Source: Deltaproteobacteria bacterium (GTDB lineage Bacteria > Myxococcota_A > UBA9160 > SZUA-336). Taken from it: DNA of 64,000 bases. The notes beneath the pieces are model-generated. The model was not told the DNA's origin. It saw only the letters and a list, made by a program, of their open reading frames with translations, and did no database searches. Location of the stretch: positions 17,746 through 81,745 of the forward strand of contig JANNLG010000062.1 of NCBI GenBank assembly GCA_031396695.1, given 5' to 3'. Position numbers and translations under genes: made by a program. Positions 50,184 through 62,656 of the stretch are shown here, in pieces (within the stretch, counting starts at the first letter, position 1; each line of letters begins with the position of its first letter).

Positions 50184-51576
50184 CCTCGCGCTCCTCGCGC
50201 TGCTGTGCGCCACGTTGCCGGCGCGAGCGGGAGAGAGGACCGTTCTGAAGCCGATGCTAGACGTGGAGCAAGGCTGGGACTCGAACATCTACAACGCGTC
50301 CGAGGACGCGCAGGGCAGCCTCGTCACGCGCATCAGCCCGTCCCTGTGGCTCGAGAACCAGGGTGAGCTCGGCAACGCGCGGCTCGGCCTGATCGGAATC
50401 GGGCGCAGCGTCTGGGAGGACTCGCAGCTGTCGGGCATCGACGGCCTGGCGCGCGGCAACTTCGATCGAAAGCTGACTCCGCGTCTGACACTCTTTGGTG
50501 ACGGCTATCTCGAGCACTACTCGGGCTATGACGAAATCGATTCGGACGGCTTGAATCAGGGCAACCAGCCGATCAGGGGCGAGCAGCCCTCGTGGAAGCG
50601 CGATCGGATCGGGGGCGGCTTCAGCTACCTGCTCACGGAGCGCCTGTCGACGAGCTTGAGCGGCTCCACCGGGCGAGTGAACTACGAGAGCATCGATTCC
50701 GCCACGGTGTCCGACGGCTACTACCGCGATCGTTCGCTGTACGACGGGCGTTGGGCGCTCACCTATCAGCTAACCGCGCACGACCAGGTCGGTGTGAGCG
50801 TCGACTTCGACGACACGTCCTATCAAAACTTGGGCACGGGCACGAACGACTCGGCGATCTGGACCTATGAGGCCGGTTGGACGCGAAGCTGGACCCAGTT
50901 CTGGTCGACGACCGCGAGAGTCGGCTTCAGCTCGCTCGATGCGGAACAGAACGACGTACCGCAGACGGGCACCTCCGCGTTCAACACCCCCGTGTCGCTC
51001 GGTCAGAGCGATTTCTCGAGCAGCAGCACCGGCCTGGTGGGGTCGCTCAGCTTGCGCAGGGTGTTCCCGCGCAGCGCGCTCGAACTCGGCTACGAGCGAA
51101 GCACGCAATCGACCGGTGGCTCGGGCAGGACCAACTTCGACGTCGACAGCTTCACGCTTTCCTGGACGCAGCGGCTCGCCGAGCGCGTCAAGCTGACGCT
51201 GACCGGGAACTACCAGATCTACCAGAACGCCGTCGACGAGACGCCGAGCTACGCGGCCTCGCTCTTCACCGGGACGCCGAGCTGCGCGATTGGCGGCGAG
51301 CCGCGGGTCGTCGCGACGGGTACGATCTTCGGAATTCCGAACATCCCCATCTATCAGTGCTTCGGCGCCTCGTCGGATGAGACGCGCCACTACACGACCC
51401 TGGTCGGTCGGCTCGAATGGCAGCTCCGCCGCACGCTCAGCACCTACGCGGTCGCGCGCTACTACGCGACGACGACGGACCAGAAGATCGGGGGCAGGAG
51501 CGAGATCGAGACCGAGGATCTCGACAAGTTCACGTTCGGCGTCGGCTTCCGGTACTACCACGATCTGGGGCTGTAG
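50149..51576 (+). CDS. Putative outer-membrane β-barrel protein of EPS locus (start uncertain)
   Basis: A signal-like N-terminus is followed by alternating amphipathic β-strand composition rich in Y/W/G/T, ending …FRYYHDLGL (aromatic C-terminus). The start overlaps the wza end. Confidence 0.55.
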   Translation: MSSPKNALSGASLALLALLCATLPARAGERTVLKPMLDVEQGWDSNIYNASEDAQGSLVTRISPSLWLENQGELGNARLGLIGIGRSVWEDSQLSGIDGLARGNFDRKLTPRLTLFGDGYLEHYSGYDEIDSDGLNQGNQPIRGEQPSWKRDRIGGGFSYLLTERLSTSLSGSTGRVNYESIDSATVSDGYYRDRSLYDGRWALTYQLTAHDQVGVSVDFDDTSYQNLGTGTNDSAIWTYEAGWTRSWTQFWSTTARVGFSSLDAEQNDVPQTGTSAFNTPVSLGQSDFSSSSTGLVGSLSLRRVFPRSALELGYERSTQSTGGSGRTNFDVDSFTLSWTQRLAERVKLTLTGNYQIYQNAVDETPSYAASLFTGTPSCAIGGEPRVVATGTIFGIPNIPIYQCFGASSDETRHYTTLVGRLEWQLRRTLSTYAVARYYATTTDQKIGGRSEIETEDLDKFTFGVGFRYYHDLGL

Positions 51577-51586
51577 GCCGATCCCA

Positions 51587-52861
51587 ATGGCGCTCGAACA
51601 CACCAAGCTCGCGATCATCGGACTCGGCTATGTGGGCCTGCCGCTCGCGGTCGAGTTCGGCAAGCGCTACGCGACGCTCGGCTTCGACGTCAACGCTGCG
51701 CGCATCGCGGAGCTCGAGCAGGGGCGCGACCACACGCTCGAAGTCTCGCCCGACGAGTTGGGCGCGAGCACGGGCCTGCGCTTCTCGAATCGCGCCGCGG
51801 ATCTCGAGCCGTGCGACGTGTACATCGTCACGGTGCCGACGCCGGTCGACTCGGCCAAGCGCCCCGACCTGACGCCGCTGATCCGCGCCAGCGAGACGGT
51901 GGGCGCGAGCCTCCGGCCGGGCAACGTCGTGGTATACGAGTCGACGGTGTATCCGGGCGCCACCGAGGAAGTCTGCGTGCCGATCCTCGAGCGCGTGTCG
52001 GGGCTGAAGTTCAACGTGGACTTCTTCTGCGGCTACAGCCCCGAGCGCATCAACCCCGGCGACAAGCAGCACCGGCTCACCGGCATCGTGAAGGTGACGT
52101 CCGGCTCCACGCCCGACGTCGCGGAGTTCGTCGATCGCCTGTACGCGTCGATCGTCACCGCGGGCACGCACAAGGCGAGCTCGATCCGCGTGGCCGAAGC
52201 CGCCAAGGTGATCGAGAACACCCAGCGCGACGTGAACATCGCGCTGATCAACGAGCTCGCGTTGATCTTCAACCGGCTCGGCATCGACACGATCGAGGTG
52301 TTGGAGGCGGCGGGCACGAAGTGGAACTTCCTGCCGTTCCGGCCCGGCCTCGTCGGCGGCCACTGCATTGGCGTGGATCCGTACTACCTGACGCACAAGG
52401 CGCAGGAGATCGGCTACCACCCGGAAGTGATCCTCGCCGGCCGCCGCATCAACGACGGCATGGGTCCGTACGTCGCGGATCAAGTGGTGCGGCTGATGGC
52501 GAAGCGCGGCGTGAGTCTGGTCGGCGCGCGCGTGCTGATTCTCGGCCTCGCCTTCAAGGAGAACTGCCCCGACGTGCGCAATACGCGCGTGGTCGACATC
52601 GTCGGCGAGCTCGCTCAGTACCACGTGCGGATCGACGTGCACGATCCGTGGATCGACGCGGACGAGGCCTATCGCGAGCACGGCCTGCGCACGGTCGAGG
52701 CGCCCGAGCCGGGCAGCTACGACGCGGTGATCCTGGCGGTCGCGCACCGGCAGTTCGTTTCTCTCGGCGCCGCGGGCGTGCGCGCGTTCGGCAAGCCGGT
52801 CTCGATCCTGTACGACGTGAAGTCCGTGCTGCCGCGCGAAGCGGTCGACGGCAGGCTCTGA
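51587..52861 (+). CDS. Nucleotide-sugar dehydrogenase (UDP-GlcNAc/UDP-ManNAc 6-dehydrogenase, TviB/WbpA/WecC-like)
   Basis: N-terminal [12 protein letters not shown] Rossmann and the catalytic GGHCIGVDP Cys motif. Confidence 0.85.
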   Translation: MALEHTKLAIIGLGYVGLPLAVEFGKRYATLGFDVNAARIAELEQGRDHTLEVSPDELGASTGLRFSNRAADLEPCDVYIVTVPTPVDSAKRPDLTPLIRASETVGASLRPGNVVVYESTVYPGATEEVCVPILERVSGLKFNVDFFCGYSPERINPGDKQHRLTGIVKVTSGSTPDVAEFVDRLYASIVTAGTHKASSIRVAEAAKVIENTQRDVNIALINELALIFNRLGIDTIEVLEAAGTKWNFLPFRPGLVGGHCIGVDPYYLTHKAQEIGYHPEVILAGRRINDGMGPYVADQVVRLMAKRGVSLVGARVLILGLAFKENCPDVRNTRVVDIVGELAQYHVRIDVHDPWIDADEAYREHGLRTVEAPEPGSYDAVILAVAHRQFVSLGAAGVRAFGKPVSILYDVKSVLPREAVDGRL

Positions 52862-52871
52862 GGTCGGGCGC

Positions 52872-53876
52872 GTGAAAGTGCTGGTGACCGGCAGCGCCGG
52901 CTTCGTCGGTTCCGCGCTCACGCTGCAGCTGTTGGCGCGCGGCGACGAGGTCGTGGGCGTGGACAGCCTGAACGACTACTACGACGTGAACCTGAAGAAA
53001 GCGCGTCTGGCGCGGCACATGGACCACCCGCGCTACACGCACGTGCACGCGGACCTGGCCGACCGGGCGGCGGTCGAGTCGCTGTTCGCGCGCCACCAGC
53101 CCCGCCGCGTGGTCAACCTGGCGGCGCAGGCCGGCGTGCGCCACGCGATCGTGAACCCACACATCTACGTGTCGAGCAACCTGACCGGCTTCCTGCACGT
53201 GCTCGAGGGCTGTCGTCATTCGGGCGTCGAGCACCTGGTGTACGCGTCGACGAGCTCCGTGTACGGGGCGAACACGCAGCTGCCGTTCTCGACGCACGAG
53301 AGCACCGAGCACCCGCTCTCGCTGTACGCGGCCACCAAGAAGGCCAACGAGATGATGGCGCACAGCTACGCGCACCTGTACGGGCTCGCGTGCACGGGAC
53401 TGCGCTTCTTCACGGTGTATGGCCCGTGGGGTCGCCCGGACATGGCGTTGTTCCTGTTCACCAAGGCGATCCTCGCGGACCAGCCGATCCAGGTCTTCAA
53501 CCACGGCCACCACAGGCGCGACTTCACCTACATCGACGACATCGTCGAGGGCGTCACGCGCGCGCTCGATCGCGTCGCCGCGCCCGACCCGAAGTGGGAC
53601 GGCTCCAGCCCCGATCCCGCGAGCAGCCGCGCGCCCTATCGGTTGTACAACATCGGCAATCAGAATCCGGTGCCGCTGCTCCGCTACATCGAGGTGCTCG
53701 AGGCGTGTCTCGGCAAGCAGGCGCGCATGGAGATGCTGCCGTTGCAGCCCGGCGACGTGCCCGACACCGAGGCGGATGTCGGCGATCTGGTGGCCGACGT
53801 CGGCTATCGGCCCGCGACCAGCGTCGAGACCGGCGTGCGCAAGTTCGTCGAGTGGTATCGCGCCTACTACGGCTGA
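52872..53876 (+). CDS. NAD-dependent epimerase (UDP-glucuronate/UDP-GlcNAcA 4-epimerase-like SDR)
   Basis: GSAGFVG Rossmann. [16 protein letters not shown] is typical of uronate 4-epimerases. YxxxK (YAATK). GTG start. Confidence 0.8.
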   Translation: MKVLVTGSAGFVGSALTLQLLARGDEVVGVDSLNDYYDVNLKKARLARHMDHPRYTHVHADLADRAAVESLFARHQPRRVVNLAAQAGVRHAIVNPHIYVSSNLTGFLHVLEGCRHSGVEHLVYASTSSVYGANTQLPFSTHESTEHPLSLYAATKKANEMMAHSYAHLYGLACTGLRFFTVYGPWGRPDMALFLFTKAILADQPIQVFNHGHHRRDFTYIDDIVEGVTRALDRVAAPDPKWDGSSPDPASSRAPYRLYNIGNQNPVPLLRYIEVLEACLGKQARMEMLPLQPGDVPDTEADVGDLVADVGYRPATSVETGVRKFVEWYRAYYG

Positions 53877-54967
53877 CGCGCGTCGCACACGCGCTCGAAC
53901 AGCCGCGCGTAGCGATCCGCGATCTCGCTGAGCTTGTACTTGTCGAGCAGCGCGGGGTCGATGCCCGCGAACGGGCGCGAAGCCCAGAGCCGGATCGCGG
54001 CGGCCAGCGCCTCGGCCGAGACCGCCTGCGCCAGCACGCAGCCCTCGACGCCTTCGAGGATCTCGGATACGCCGCCGACCGCGGGCGTCGATATCACCCC
54101 GATCCCGCACGCGAGCGCCTCGAGCACGACGTTCGGAAAGCCCTCGTAGCGGGACGAGAGCACGAGCGCGTCGGACTGCGCGATGCGCGGGAACGGATTG
54201 GACTGGAAGCCCGCGAGCGTCACCACGCGCTCGAGTCCGAGCTCGGCGATCCGCGCTTCGACTTCGGCCCGCAGCGGTCCGTCGCCGAAAATGGTGAGCT
54301 CGATGTCCAGGTCGCGCAGCAGCACCAGCGCGTCGAGCAGCAGGTCGTAGCCCTTCACCGGGTACAGACGCCCCGCGCACACCAGCCGCAACGGCCCGCC
54401 GGGTTCGCGGCGATGGCTGCGCGACGGCAGGCCGCCCGTGACTCGCTCGAGATCGACGGGGTTGTTGATCACCACCGTCTTCTCGCGCGGCATGCCGTAG
54501 ACCTCGACCAGGTCCGACTGCATGTAGCGCGACTGGCACACCACGGCGTCGAAGCGGGGGTAGAACGCGCGGTACGCGGCCCGCCACAGCGCGCGCAGCT
54601 TGAAGGGCCGGATCAGCTCGGTGACGATCGTCGACTCGCGACCGATGAACGCGGACCGTCTCGGCATGATCGGCTTCATCGCCACGAGCGCGAGATTCAG
54701 GTACCCCAGCGTCGAGAACACCAGATCGGGTCGGATGCGCCACACCAAACGCAGCACCTTGGGCAGCGCGCTGCGCAGCCGCGTGCACTCGAGGTCGACG
54801 AACTCGACGCCGGCCGGCAGATCGGCGCGGTACACGGGAGCGGACCCGTCGACCACCGCGAGCACCATCCGAAAGCGCGCCGGGTCGAGCTGGCGGAGCA
54901 GGGTGACGATCACGCGCTCGGCGCCGCCTCCCTTCAGTGTCGGCACGACGAACAGCACGCTGCGCAC
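53867..54967 (-). CDS. Glycosyltransferase family 4 (GT-B)
   Basis: C-terminal GT1/GT4 motif region (…[17 protein letters not shown]…). Confidence 0.8.
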   Translation of the reverse strand: MRSVLFVVPTLKGGGAERVIVTLLRQLDPARFRMVLAVVDGSAPVYRADLPAGVEFVDLECTRLRSALPKVLRLVWRIRPDLVFSTLGYLNLALVAMKPIMPRRSAFIGRESTIVTELIRPFKLRALWRAAYRAFYPRFDAVVCQSRYMQSDLVEVYGMPREKTVVINNPVDLERVTGGLPSRSHRREPGGPLRLVCAGRLYPVKGYDLLLDALVLLRDLDIELTIFGDGPLRAEVEARIAELGLERVVTLAGFQSNPFPRIAQSDALVLSSRYEGFPNVVLEALACGIGVISTPAVGGVSEILEGVEGCVLAQAVSAEALAAAIRLWASRPFAGIDPALLDKYKLSEIADRYARLFERVCDARQP

Positions 54968-55127
54968 GCTACGGCCCCCTCCGGCCCGCTGGTTGTAGCA
55001 GAGCGAAGCCGGAGGTGTGCGGTGCGCGGACCCGTTCCGCTACGCTGGTCGCGCCCTTCGTCGCGCGCTCACGGTGATCGCGCAGGGCGCAACGCGGCCC
55101 GCGACCGTGGCCTGCTCGAGGAAGCGC

Positions 55128-55910
55128 ATGGAGCTCAGCGGCGACGTCGCGCGCAAACGCGGGCCGGCCGATCGGCTCGCGCTCGAAGCGGCGAAGACCC
55201 GCGCGGCCGCGAGCGTGGCTGCGCGCTCGGGCCGCTTCCACGTGCCCGCGGTGGTCCGCTACGACGCGGCGGAGGGCGTGCTCGAGACCGAGCGCGTGCA
55301 CGGCTTCGTGAGCTTGATGCAGCTCGTCCTGCGCCGCGATCCGCGACTGACTGCAGTCTGCGAGCGCGTGGGGCGCGCCGTCGCCACGGTCCACGCCGAG
55401 CTGCGACTTGCCGACGACTTGCGCATTCCGCTGCCCGCGCGGCTGGCGGGCGAGCCCGCGGACGACTGCGTGCTGCACGGCGATCTGAACGGCTCGAACG
55501 TCGGCTACGACCCGGACACCGACCGGGTCGTGATCGTCGACTGGTCCGCGGCGCCCGCGCTCGGCGAGGCCGCCACCGTCGGCAGCCGCTACTTCGACAT
55601 CGTCTGGTTCGCGCTGTTCTTCTTCCGCTTCCGGCCCGGCCGCGCGCTCACCGGCTGGTCGCCGGAGCGCTGGGCCGGCGCGTTTCTGGCGGGTTACGCG
55701 GACGGGGCGAGCCAGTTCTCAGTGGCCGCGCTGCGCGCCTACCACGCGCGCGTCCGGCCGTTCCTGATCGACGACCTGCGCGTCGAGCAGGCGCGGCGCG
55801 GCCTCGGCCTGCGCGGGCTTCCGTATCGCCTGTGGCGACAGATCGGCTTCCGGCGCTGGGAGAAGTTCCTCGCCGCCATTGCCGATCCGCACGGCCGTCA
55901 GAGCCCATGA
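55128..55910 (+). CDS. Protein-kinase-like fold phosphotransferase (Kdo/sugar-kinase-like)
   Basis: HGDLNGSNV catalytic loop and VIVDWS metal-binding motif. Confidence 0.55.
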   Translation: MELSGDVARKRGPADRLALEAAKTRAAASVAARSGRFHVPAVVRYDAAEGVLETERVHGFVSLMQLVLRRDPRLTAVCERVGRAVATVHAELRLADDLRIPLPARLAGEPADDCVLHGDLNGSNVGYDPDTDRVVIVDWSAAPALGEAATVGSRYFDIVWFALFFFRFRPGRALTGWSPERWAGAFLAGYADGASQFSVAALRAYHARVRPFLIDDLRVEQARRGLGLRGLPYRLWRQIGFRRWEKFLAAIADPHGRQSP

Positions 55911-55956
55911 AGACATCGGGCGAGCGAGGCGTCAGCGTGTCGATGACGAGTGACTC

Positions 55957-57831
55957 ATGTGCGGCATCGTCGGAGTCCTGAGCGCTCGCTCGCAGGTGAC
56001 GCCCGCCGTGTTCGACGGCTGGCGCGATCGGCTCGCGCATCGCGGACCCGATCAGGCCGCGACCTTCCACGACCGCGGGCTGTATCTCGGCTTCCGGCGC
56101 CTCGCGATCCTCGATCTGTCGCCGGCGGGTCACCAGCCGATGACGACGCCCGACGGCCGCTACACGATCGTGTTCAACGGGCAGATCTACAACTTCGAGG
56201 AGCTGCGCGCGGATCTCGAACGCGCGGGCGTGCGCTTCCGCAGCCGCTCCGACACAGAAGTGTTGCTCGAGCTGTTCGCGCGCGAGGGCGTCTCGTGTCT
56301 GGCGAAGCTGAACGGCATGTACGCGTTCGCGATCTACGACGCGCACGAGCGCTCGCTGGTGCTGGTGCGCGACCGCCTGGGCGTGAAGCCGCTGTTCTAC
56401 TTTCGCGACGGGCGCACGCTCGCGTTCGCCTCGGAGCTGCGCGCGATCCGCGACGTACCCGGCTTCCCTACGCAGCTCTGTGACGAGGCGCTCGGCGCGT
56501 TCTTCCGCGTCGGCTCGATTCCCGACTGGTCGTGCGTGTATCCGGGCGTGAGCAAGCTTCCGCCCGGGCACTGGATCCGCTTCCGGCTCGACGAGCCGGG
56601 CGCTTCGCTGCCGACCCGCTACTGGGATCTGCCCGAAGTTGGCGAGCTCGAGGACGATCGCGGCGAGGACGCCTGGGTCGACGAGGTCGAGGCGCTGCTC
56701 TTCGACGCCACGCGCATCCGGCTCCGCTCCGACGTGCCGCTCGGCGTGTTCCTGTCCGGCGGCATCGACTCCGGCCTGGTGGCCGCGGCGGCGTCGCGCC
56801 AGAAGCCGGGACTCTCGTGTTTCACGGTGGGCTTCCGCGGCGAAGCCGAGGACGAGACGCCGCTCGCCGCCGCCACCGCGCGCCGGCTCGGCGTGCGCAT
56901 GGAGACGCTCGACGTCGACGTGCGTCGCGGCATGAGTGAGCTGCCGTCCGTGATCGGTCACTTTGACGAGCCGTGCTCCGACACCTCCGCGCTGCCGACC
57001 GCGCTGATCTGCGCCGAGGCGCGCAAGCATCTGGTGGTGGTGCTGACCGGCGACGCGGGCGACGAGGTGTTCGGTGGTTACCCGAACCACGTGCGCGCCT
57101 GGCGCTGGCGCGCGCTCGAGAACGTGCCGGTTTCGCTTCGCCGCGCGGCCGGCGGCGTGCTCGCCGCCGTCTCGAAGCCCGACTCCGTTCTGCGTCGCTT
57201 CGCGCGCCGGCTCGGCGAACCGGTCGGCCGCTTCGGCGTCGGCGCCACGCTCTACCCGTTCGAGGACTGGCAGCACCGTGCGTTGGCGCCGTCGCTGCGC
57301 ATCGACGCCGACGCGCTCGTGCGCCGCTACGCGTCGCAGCTGCCGAGCTGGAGCGGCGCGAGCCCGGTCGACCAGTCGCAGCGCACGGACCTGCGCACCT
57401 ACATGCTCGACGACATCCTCGTGAAGGTCGATCGCATGAGCATGCGCCACTCACTCGAGCTGCGATCGCCGTTCCTGGACTACCGGATGGTGGAGCTCGG
57501 CCTGCGCGTGCCGTCGCGCCTGCGCGTGAAGGGCGGACGGAACAAGTACCTGCTGCGGCGGCTGGCCGAGCGGCATCTTCCGCCGGAAGTGTGCGCGGCG
57601 CCAAAGCGCGGCTTCGCCATCCCGATCCAGTCCTGGCTGCGCGATCCGACCGTCGGCAAGGCCATGCGCGCGCAGCTCGCCGAGTCCACGCCAGGCTTTC
57701 CGGACGCCTTTGCGCCCGGCGGCGCGGAATGGCTGTGGCAGGCCGCGCAGGCCAACCCCGGGCTGCAACGCGCGGTCGTGATCGGGCTCTGCTACCGCTG
57801 GTGGTGCGAGGCCCGGAAGTCCGGGCCCTGA
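55957..57831 (+). CDS. Asparagine synthase (glutamine-hydrolysing)-family amidotransferase (exosortase-locus amidotransferase type)
   Basis: N-terminal MCGI (Ntn Cys2). PP-loop SGGIDSG. Length 624 aa. Confidence 0.85.
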   Translation: MCGIVGVLSARSQVTPAVFDGWRDRLAHRGPDQAATFHDRGLYLGFRRLAILDLSPAGHQPMTTPDGRYTIVFNGQIYNFEELRADLERAGVRFRSRSDTEVLLELFAREGVSCLAKLNGMYAFAIYDAHERSLVLVRDRLGVKPLFYFRDGRTLAFASELRAIRDVPGFPTQLCDEALGAFFRVGSIPDWSCVYPGVSKLPPGHWIRFRLDEPGASLPTRYWDLPEVGELEDDRGEDAWVDEVEALLFDATRIRLRSDVPLGVFLSGGIDSGLVAAAASRQKPGLSCFTVGFRGEAEDETPLAAATARRLGVRMETLDVDVRRGMSELPSVIGHFDEPCSDTSALPTALICAEARKHLVVVLTGDAGDEVFGGYPNHVRAWRWRALENVPVSLRRAAGGVLAAVSKPDSVLRRFARRLGEPVGRFGVGATLYPFEDWQHRALAPSLRIDADALVRRYASQLPSWSGASPVDQSQRTDLRTYMLDDILVKVDRMSMRHSLELRSPFLDYRMVELGLRVPSRLRVKGGRNKYLLRRLAERHLPPEVCAAPKRGFAIPIQSWLRDPTVGKAMRAQLAESTPGFPDAFAPGGAEWLWQAAQANPGLQRAVVIGLCYRWWCEARKSGP

Positions 57832-57918
57832 GGGTGTTCCGAGCCGATCGCGCTCGCCGGGCAGGTCTGCTACCCCCACCCAACGCGAAATGATGGATCC
57901 CCGCGAAGAGGCTCGAGC

Positions 57919-58908
57919 ATGGCCACCGCGCGCACTGCGCTGATCACAGGCATCACCGGACAGGACGGTTCGTATCTCGCCGAGCTGCTGCTCGCGAAGG
58001 GCTACCGCGTGATCGGCATGGTGCGGCGCTCGAGCAGCGAGAACTTCGAGCGCATCGCGCACATGGTCGACCGGCTCGAGCTGCGTCAGGCCGATCTGCT
58101 CGATCAGCTGTCGATCGTGCACCTGCTGCAGGACGTGCGACCCGACGAGGTCTACAACCTGGCCGCGCAATCGTTCATCCCCACCAGCTTCAGCCAGCCG
58201 TTGCTGACCGCGGAGTTCACGGCGCTGGGCGTGACGCGCATGCTCGAAGCGATCCGGCTGGTGAACGCGAAGATCCGCTTCTACCAGGCGAGCTCGAGCG
58301 AGATGTTCGGCCGCGTGCGCGCGACGCCGCAGAACGAGCTGACGCCGTTCCACCCGCGCAGCCCCTACGGCGTGGCCAAGCTGTACGGCCACTGGATCAC
58401 CGTGAACTACCGCGAGAGCTACGGCATGTATGCGTGCTCGGGCATCCTGTTCAACCACGAGTCGCCGCGCCGCGGGCGCGAGTTCGTGACGCGCAAGATC
58501 GCGGAGGGCGCCGCGCGCATCGCGCTCGGCCAGGCGACGCACCTCGAGCTCGGCAACGTCGACTCGAAGCGCGACTGGGGCTTCGCGCCGGAGTACGTCG
58601 AAGCCATGTGGCGAATGCTGCAGCAGGACGCGCCGGACGATTTCGTGGTCGGCATGGGCGAGCACCACTCGCCGCGCGAGTTCTGCGAGCTGGCGTTCGC
58701 GCGCGTGGGTCTCGAATACCAGAAGTACGTGCGCACGAACCCCGATCTGCTGCGGCCGGCCGAGGTCGACACGCTGTTGGCCGACGCGTCGAAGGCGCGC
58801 GATCGGCTGGGCTGGAAGACGCGCACGAGCTTTCGCGAGCTCGTCGAGCTGATGGTCGACGCGGAGCTCGAACGCGGGCGAAAGAGCGCTCTGGCCGCGC
58901 GGAGCTAG
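57919..58908 (+). CDS. gmd: GDP-mannose 4,6-dehydratase
   Basis: TGITGQDGSYLAELLL N-terminus and SSSEMFG catalytic region. Confidence 0.9.
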   Translation: MATARTALITGITGQDGSYLAELLLAKGYRVIGMVRRSSSENFERIAHMVDRLELRQADLLDQLSIVHLLQDVRPDEVYNLAAQSFIPTSFSQPLLTAEFTALGVTRMLEAIRLVNAKIRFYQASSSEMFGRVRATPQNELTPFHPRSPYGVAKLYGHWITVNYRESYGMYACSGILFNHESPRRGREFVTRKIAEGAARIALGQATHLELGNVDSKRDWGFAPEYVEAMWRMLQQDAPDDFVVGMGEHHSPREFCELAFARVGLEYQKYVRTNPDLLRPAEVDTLLADASKARDRLGWKTRTSFRELVELMVDAELERGRKSALAARS

Positions 58909-58911
58909 CGC

Positions 58912-59850
<939 letters not shown>

Positions 59851-59853
<3 letters not shown>

Positions 59854-60236
59854 TTCGCATCATTCCGATTCGCGCGCTGGCGGTGCTGGCGTACATGGGC
59901 CTCGTGCTCGCGCTCACGACGCTGCCGGGCCGACAGGTGGCGCGCTGGGGCTTCACCGGTTCGCTGCTCGACTTCGCGCACATTCCCCTGTTCACGGGAC
60001 TCACCTTGGTTACCCTGTGGGCCGTCGTCGGACCGCGCGCGCAGCGCCTCGCGTTCGTCGTGATCGCGATCGTCGCGTTCGCGGCGGTCGACGAATGGCT
60101 GCAGCGCTTCGCGCCGGGGCGCGTCGCCTCGCTCGCCGATTTCGTACGCGACTTGCTCGGCGTGGGCATCGGAGTCGCGCTCAGCGAAGCATCCCGGCCG
60201 CTGGTCCTGGCCTTTCGAAAGGAGTCACAACGATGA
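59851..60236 (+). CDS. VanZ-like family membrane protein (start uncertain)
   Basis: The short hydrophobic protein has a DEWLQ motif typical of VanZ. Confidence 0.5.
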
Positions 60237-61543
60237 ACATCGCCGTGATCGGCACGGGCTACGTCGGTCTCGTCACGGGCGCCGGCTTCGCGGAGTTCGG
60301 CATCAACGTCACCTGCGTCGACAAGGACGTGGAGAAGATCGCGCGGCTCGAGCGCGGCGAAGTGCCGATCTTCGAGCCCGGGCTCGAGGAGCTGGTCCGC
60401 CGCAATGCGACGGCCGGCCGGCTGCACTTCACCACCGACGCAAAGAGCGCCGTGCAGCAGTCGCTGGTGATCTTCATCGCCGTACCCACGCCGCCGCAGG
60501 AAGACGGCAGCACGGACCTGTCGTACGTCGACGAGGTCGCGCGCACGATCGGCACGCACCTCGACGGCTACAAAGTCGTGGTCACCAAGAGCACGGTGCC
60601 GGTCAAGACGGCCGAGCGCGTGCGGCGCACGATCGTCGAGGCCGCCGCTTCGGCCGGCAAACAGGGCATCCGCTGCTCGGTCGCGTCGAACCCCGAGTTC
60701 CTGCGCGAGGGCAGCGCGGTCGAGGATTTCCTGCACCCCGACCGGGTGGTGATCGGCGCGGACGATCCGGAAGCGGTCGCGATCCTGAAGGACCTGTACA
60801 AGCCGCTGAACCTGATCGAGGTGCCGTTCGTGATCACGAACGTCGCGACCGCCGAGCTGATCAAGTACGCGAGCAACGCCTTCCTGGCCACCAAGATCAG
60901 CTTCATCAACGAGATCTCGGCGCTGTGCGAAGCGGTCGGCGCGGACGTGCACCACGTCTCGCGCGCGATGGGACTCGACGGCCGCATCGGCCGCAAGTTC
61001 CTGCATCCCGGTCCCGGCTACGGCGGCTCGTGCTTTCCGAAGGACACGCTGTCGCTGGTGCAGTTCAGCCGCGAGTTCGGCGTCGAGCAGCGCATCGTCG
61101 CGGCGACGGTGGCCGCCAACGACGCGCAGCGCGAGCGCATGATCACCAAGGTCGAGCAGATGGTCGGGAACCTGCGCGGCAAGACGCTGGGCGCGCTCGG
61201 CCTCTCGTTCAAGCCGAACACCGACGACGTGCGCGAGTCCCCCGCGATCTGGGTGATCCGCAAGCTGCAGGAGCGCGGCGCGCTCGTGCGCTGCTACGAC
61301 CCCGAGGCGATGATGACCGCGGCGCGCGAGCTCACCGGCGTACAGTTCTGCGAGGACGCCTACGACACCGCGAAGGGCAGCGACGCGCTGTTGTTCCTGA
61401 CCGAGTGGAACGAGTTCCGCAAGCTCGATCTCGGGCGGCTGAAGGAGCTCTTGCGCGAGCCGGTCGTCGTCGACATGCGCAACGTCTGCGAGCCGGCCGA
61501 GATGGTGCAGCTCGGCTTCCGCTACACCGGAGTGGGACGATAG
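60233..61543 (+). CDS. ugd: UDP-glucose 6-dehydrogenase
   Basis: MNIAVIGTGYVGLV N-terminus and catalytic GYGGSCFPKD. Confidence 0.9.
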   Translation: MNIAVIGTGYVGLVTGAGFAEFGINVTCVDKDVEKIARLERGEVPIFEPGLEELVRRNATAGRLHFTTDAKSAVQQSLVIFIAVPTPPQEDGSTDLSYVDEVARTIGTHLDGYKVVVTKSTVPVKTAERVRRTIVEAAASAGKQGIRCSVASNPEFLREGSAVEDFLHPDRVVIGADDPEAVAILKDLYKPLNLIEVPFVITNVATAELIKYASNAFLATKISFINEISALCEAVGADVHHVSRAMGLDGRIGRKFLHPGPGYGGSCFPKDTLSLVQFSREFGVEQRIVAATVAANDAQRERMITKVEQMVGNLRGKTLGALGLSFKPNTDDVRESPAIWVIRKLQERGALVRCYDPEAMMTAARELTGVQFCEDAYDTAKGSDALLFLTEWNEFRKLDLGRLKELLREPVVVDMRNVCEPAEMVQLGFRYTGVGR

Positions 61544-61569
61544 CCCGCGGCCCGGAAATCCTGCCGGTC

Positions 61570-62631
61570 GTGCTCGCAGGCGGCGCGGGAACGCGCTTCT
61601 GGCCCGCGAGTCGCAAAGCCTTGCCGAAGCCGTTCGTTCCGCTGGTCGGCGCGCGCACGCTGCTCGCCGACACGCTGGAGCGCTTGCGGCTGCTCGCGCC
61701 AGCCGAGCGCACGACGGTCGTCGCCGCGGATTCGCTCGCTCGCGCCGCGCGCGCGGCGCTGCGCGCGTATCCGGGCACACGCCTCCTGCTCGAGCCGATC
61801 GCGCGCAACACCGCGGCGGCGATCGCGTGGGCCGCGGCCGACGCGCTCGGTCGCGGCCTCGATGGCGTGCTCGGCGTGTTCCCCGCCGACCACCACATCG
61901 CGCGGCCCGAAGCGTTCGCGAAGACCGTGAAGCGCGCGGCGCGCGCGGCCGCCGACGGCGAGCAGCTGGTGTTGCTCGGCATCGAGCCGACACGTCCCGA
62001 CACCGGCTACGGGTACCTGCGGCTGGGCCGCGCCGCGCGAGCGGGCGGCGTCCGTCCGGTCGAGCGTTTCGTCGAGAAGCCGTCGCTCGCTCGTGCGCGC
62101 CGCTTCATGACCCGCCGGGCCTACCTGTGGAACTCGGGCATGTTGCTCGCGCGACCTGCGCTGATCCTCGCGGAGATGCGCGCGCTCGCACCCGAGGTCT
62201 GGCGCGCGCTCGGGCCGACACTTTCGCGGATCGCCGAGGGCGACGCCGTGCCGCGCGCGACGCTCGCGCGCGCCTGGTCACGCGCCAAGTCGCTCTCGTT
62301 CGACTACGCCGTGCTCGAGCGCAGCCGCCGAGTGGCCGCGCTCCCGGGACGTTTCGCCTGGTCCGACCTCGGCAGCTGGGACGCGCTCGGCGAACGCCTG
62401 CAGCTTCTCGATGGCAACCGGGTACACTGCCTGCCGCCGCCGCTGCTGCTCGAAGCGAAGCGAAATGTCGTCTGGAGTTCGGCCGATAGACAGGTGGTGC
62501 TGCTCGGGGTACGGGACTTGCTTGTGATCCAGACCACCGACGCGCTTCTGGTCTGCGCTAATGATCGAGCGCAGGACGTGCGAAGGATCGTCGATGAGTT
62601 CACCCGCCAGCATCGTGAAGAGCTCGTATAG
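61570..62631 (+). CDS. Mannose-1-phosphate guanylyltransferase (GMP domain only, no PMI cupin); start codon unresolved
   Basis: LPVVLAGGAGTRFWP nucleotidyltransferase G-loop. No in-frame ATG precedes it, and a GTG at 61570 is the nearest candidate. Confidence 0.7.
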   Translation: MLAGGAGTRFWPASRKALPKPFVPLVGARTLLADTLERLRLLAPAERTTVVAADSLARAARAALRAYPGTRLLLEPIARNTAAAIAWAAADALGRGLDGVLGVFPADHHIARPEAFAKTVKRAARAAADGEQLVLLGIEPTRPDTGYGYLRLGRAARAGGVRPVERFVEKPSLARARRFMTRRAYLWNSGMLLARPALILAEMRALAPEVWRALGPTLSRIAEGDAVPRATLARAWSRAKSLSFDYAVLERSRRVAALPGRFAWSDLGSWDALGERLQLLDGNRVHCLPPPLLLEAKRNVVWSSADRQVVLLGVRDLLVIQTTDALLVCANDRAQDVRRIVDEFTRQHREELV

Positions 62632-62656
62632 CAGTTCCGTCCCTTCGGAAGACGGA

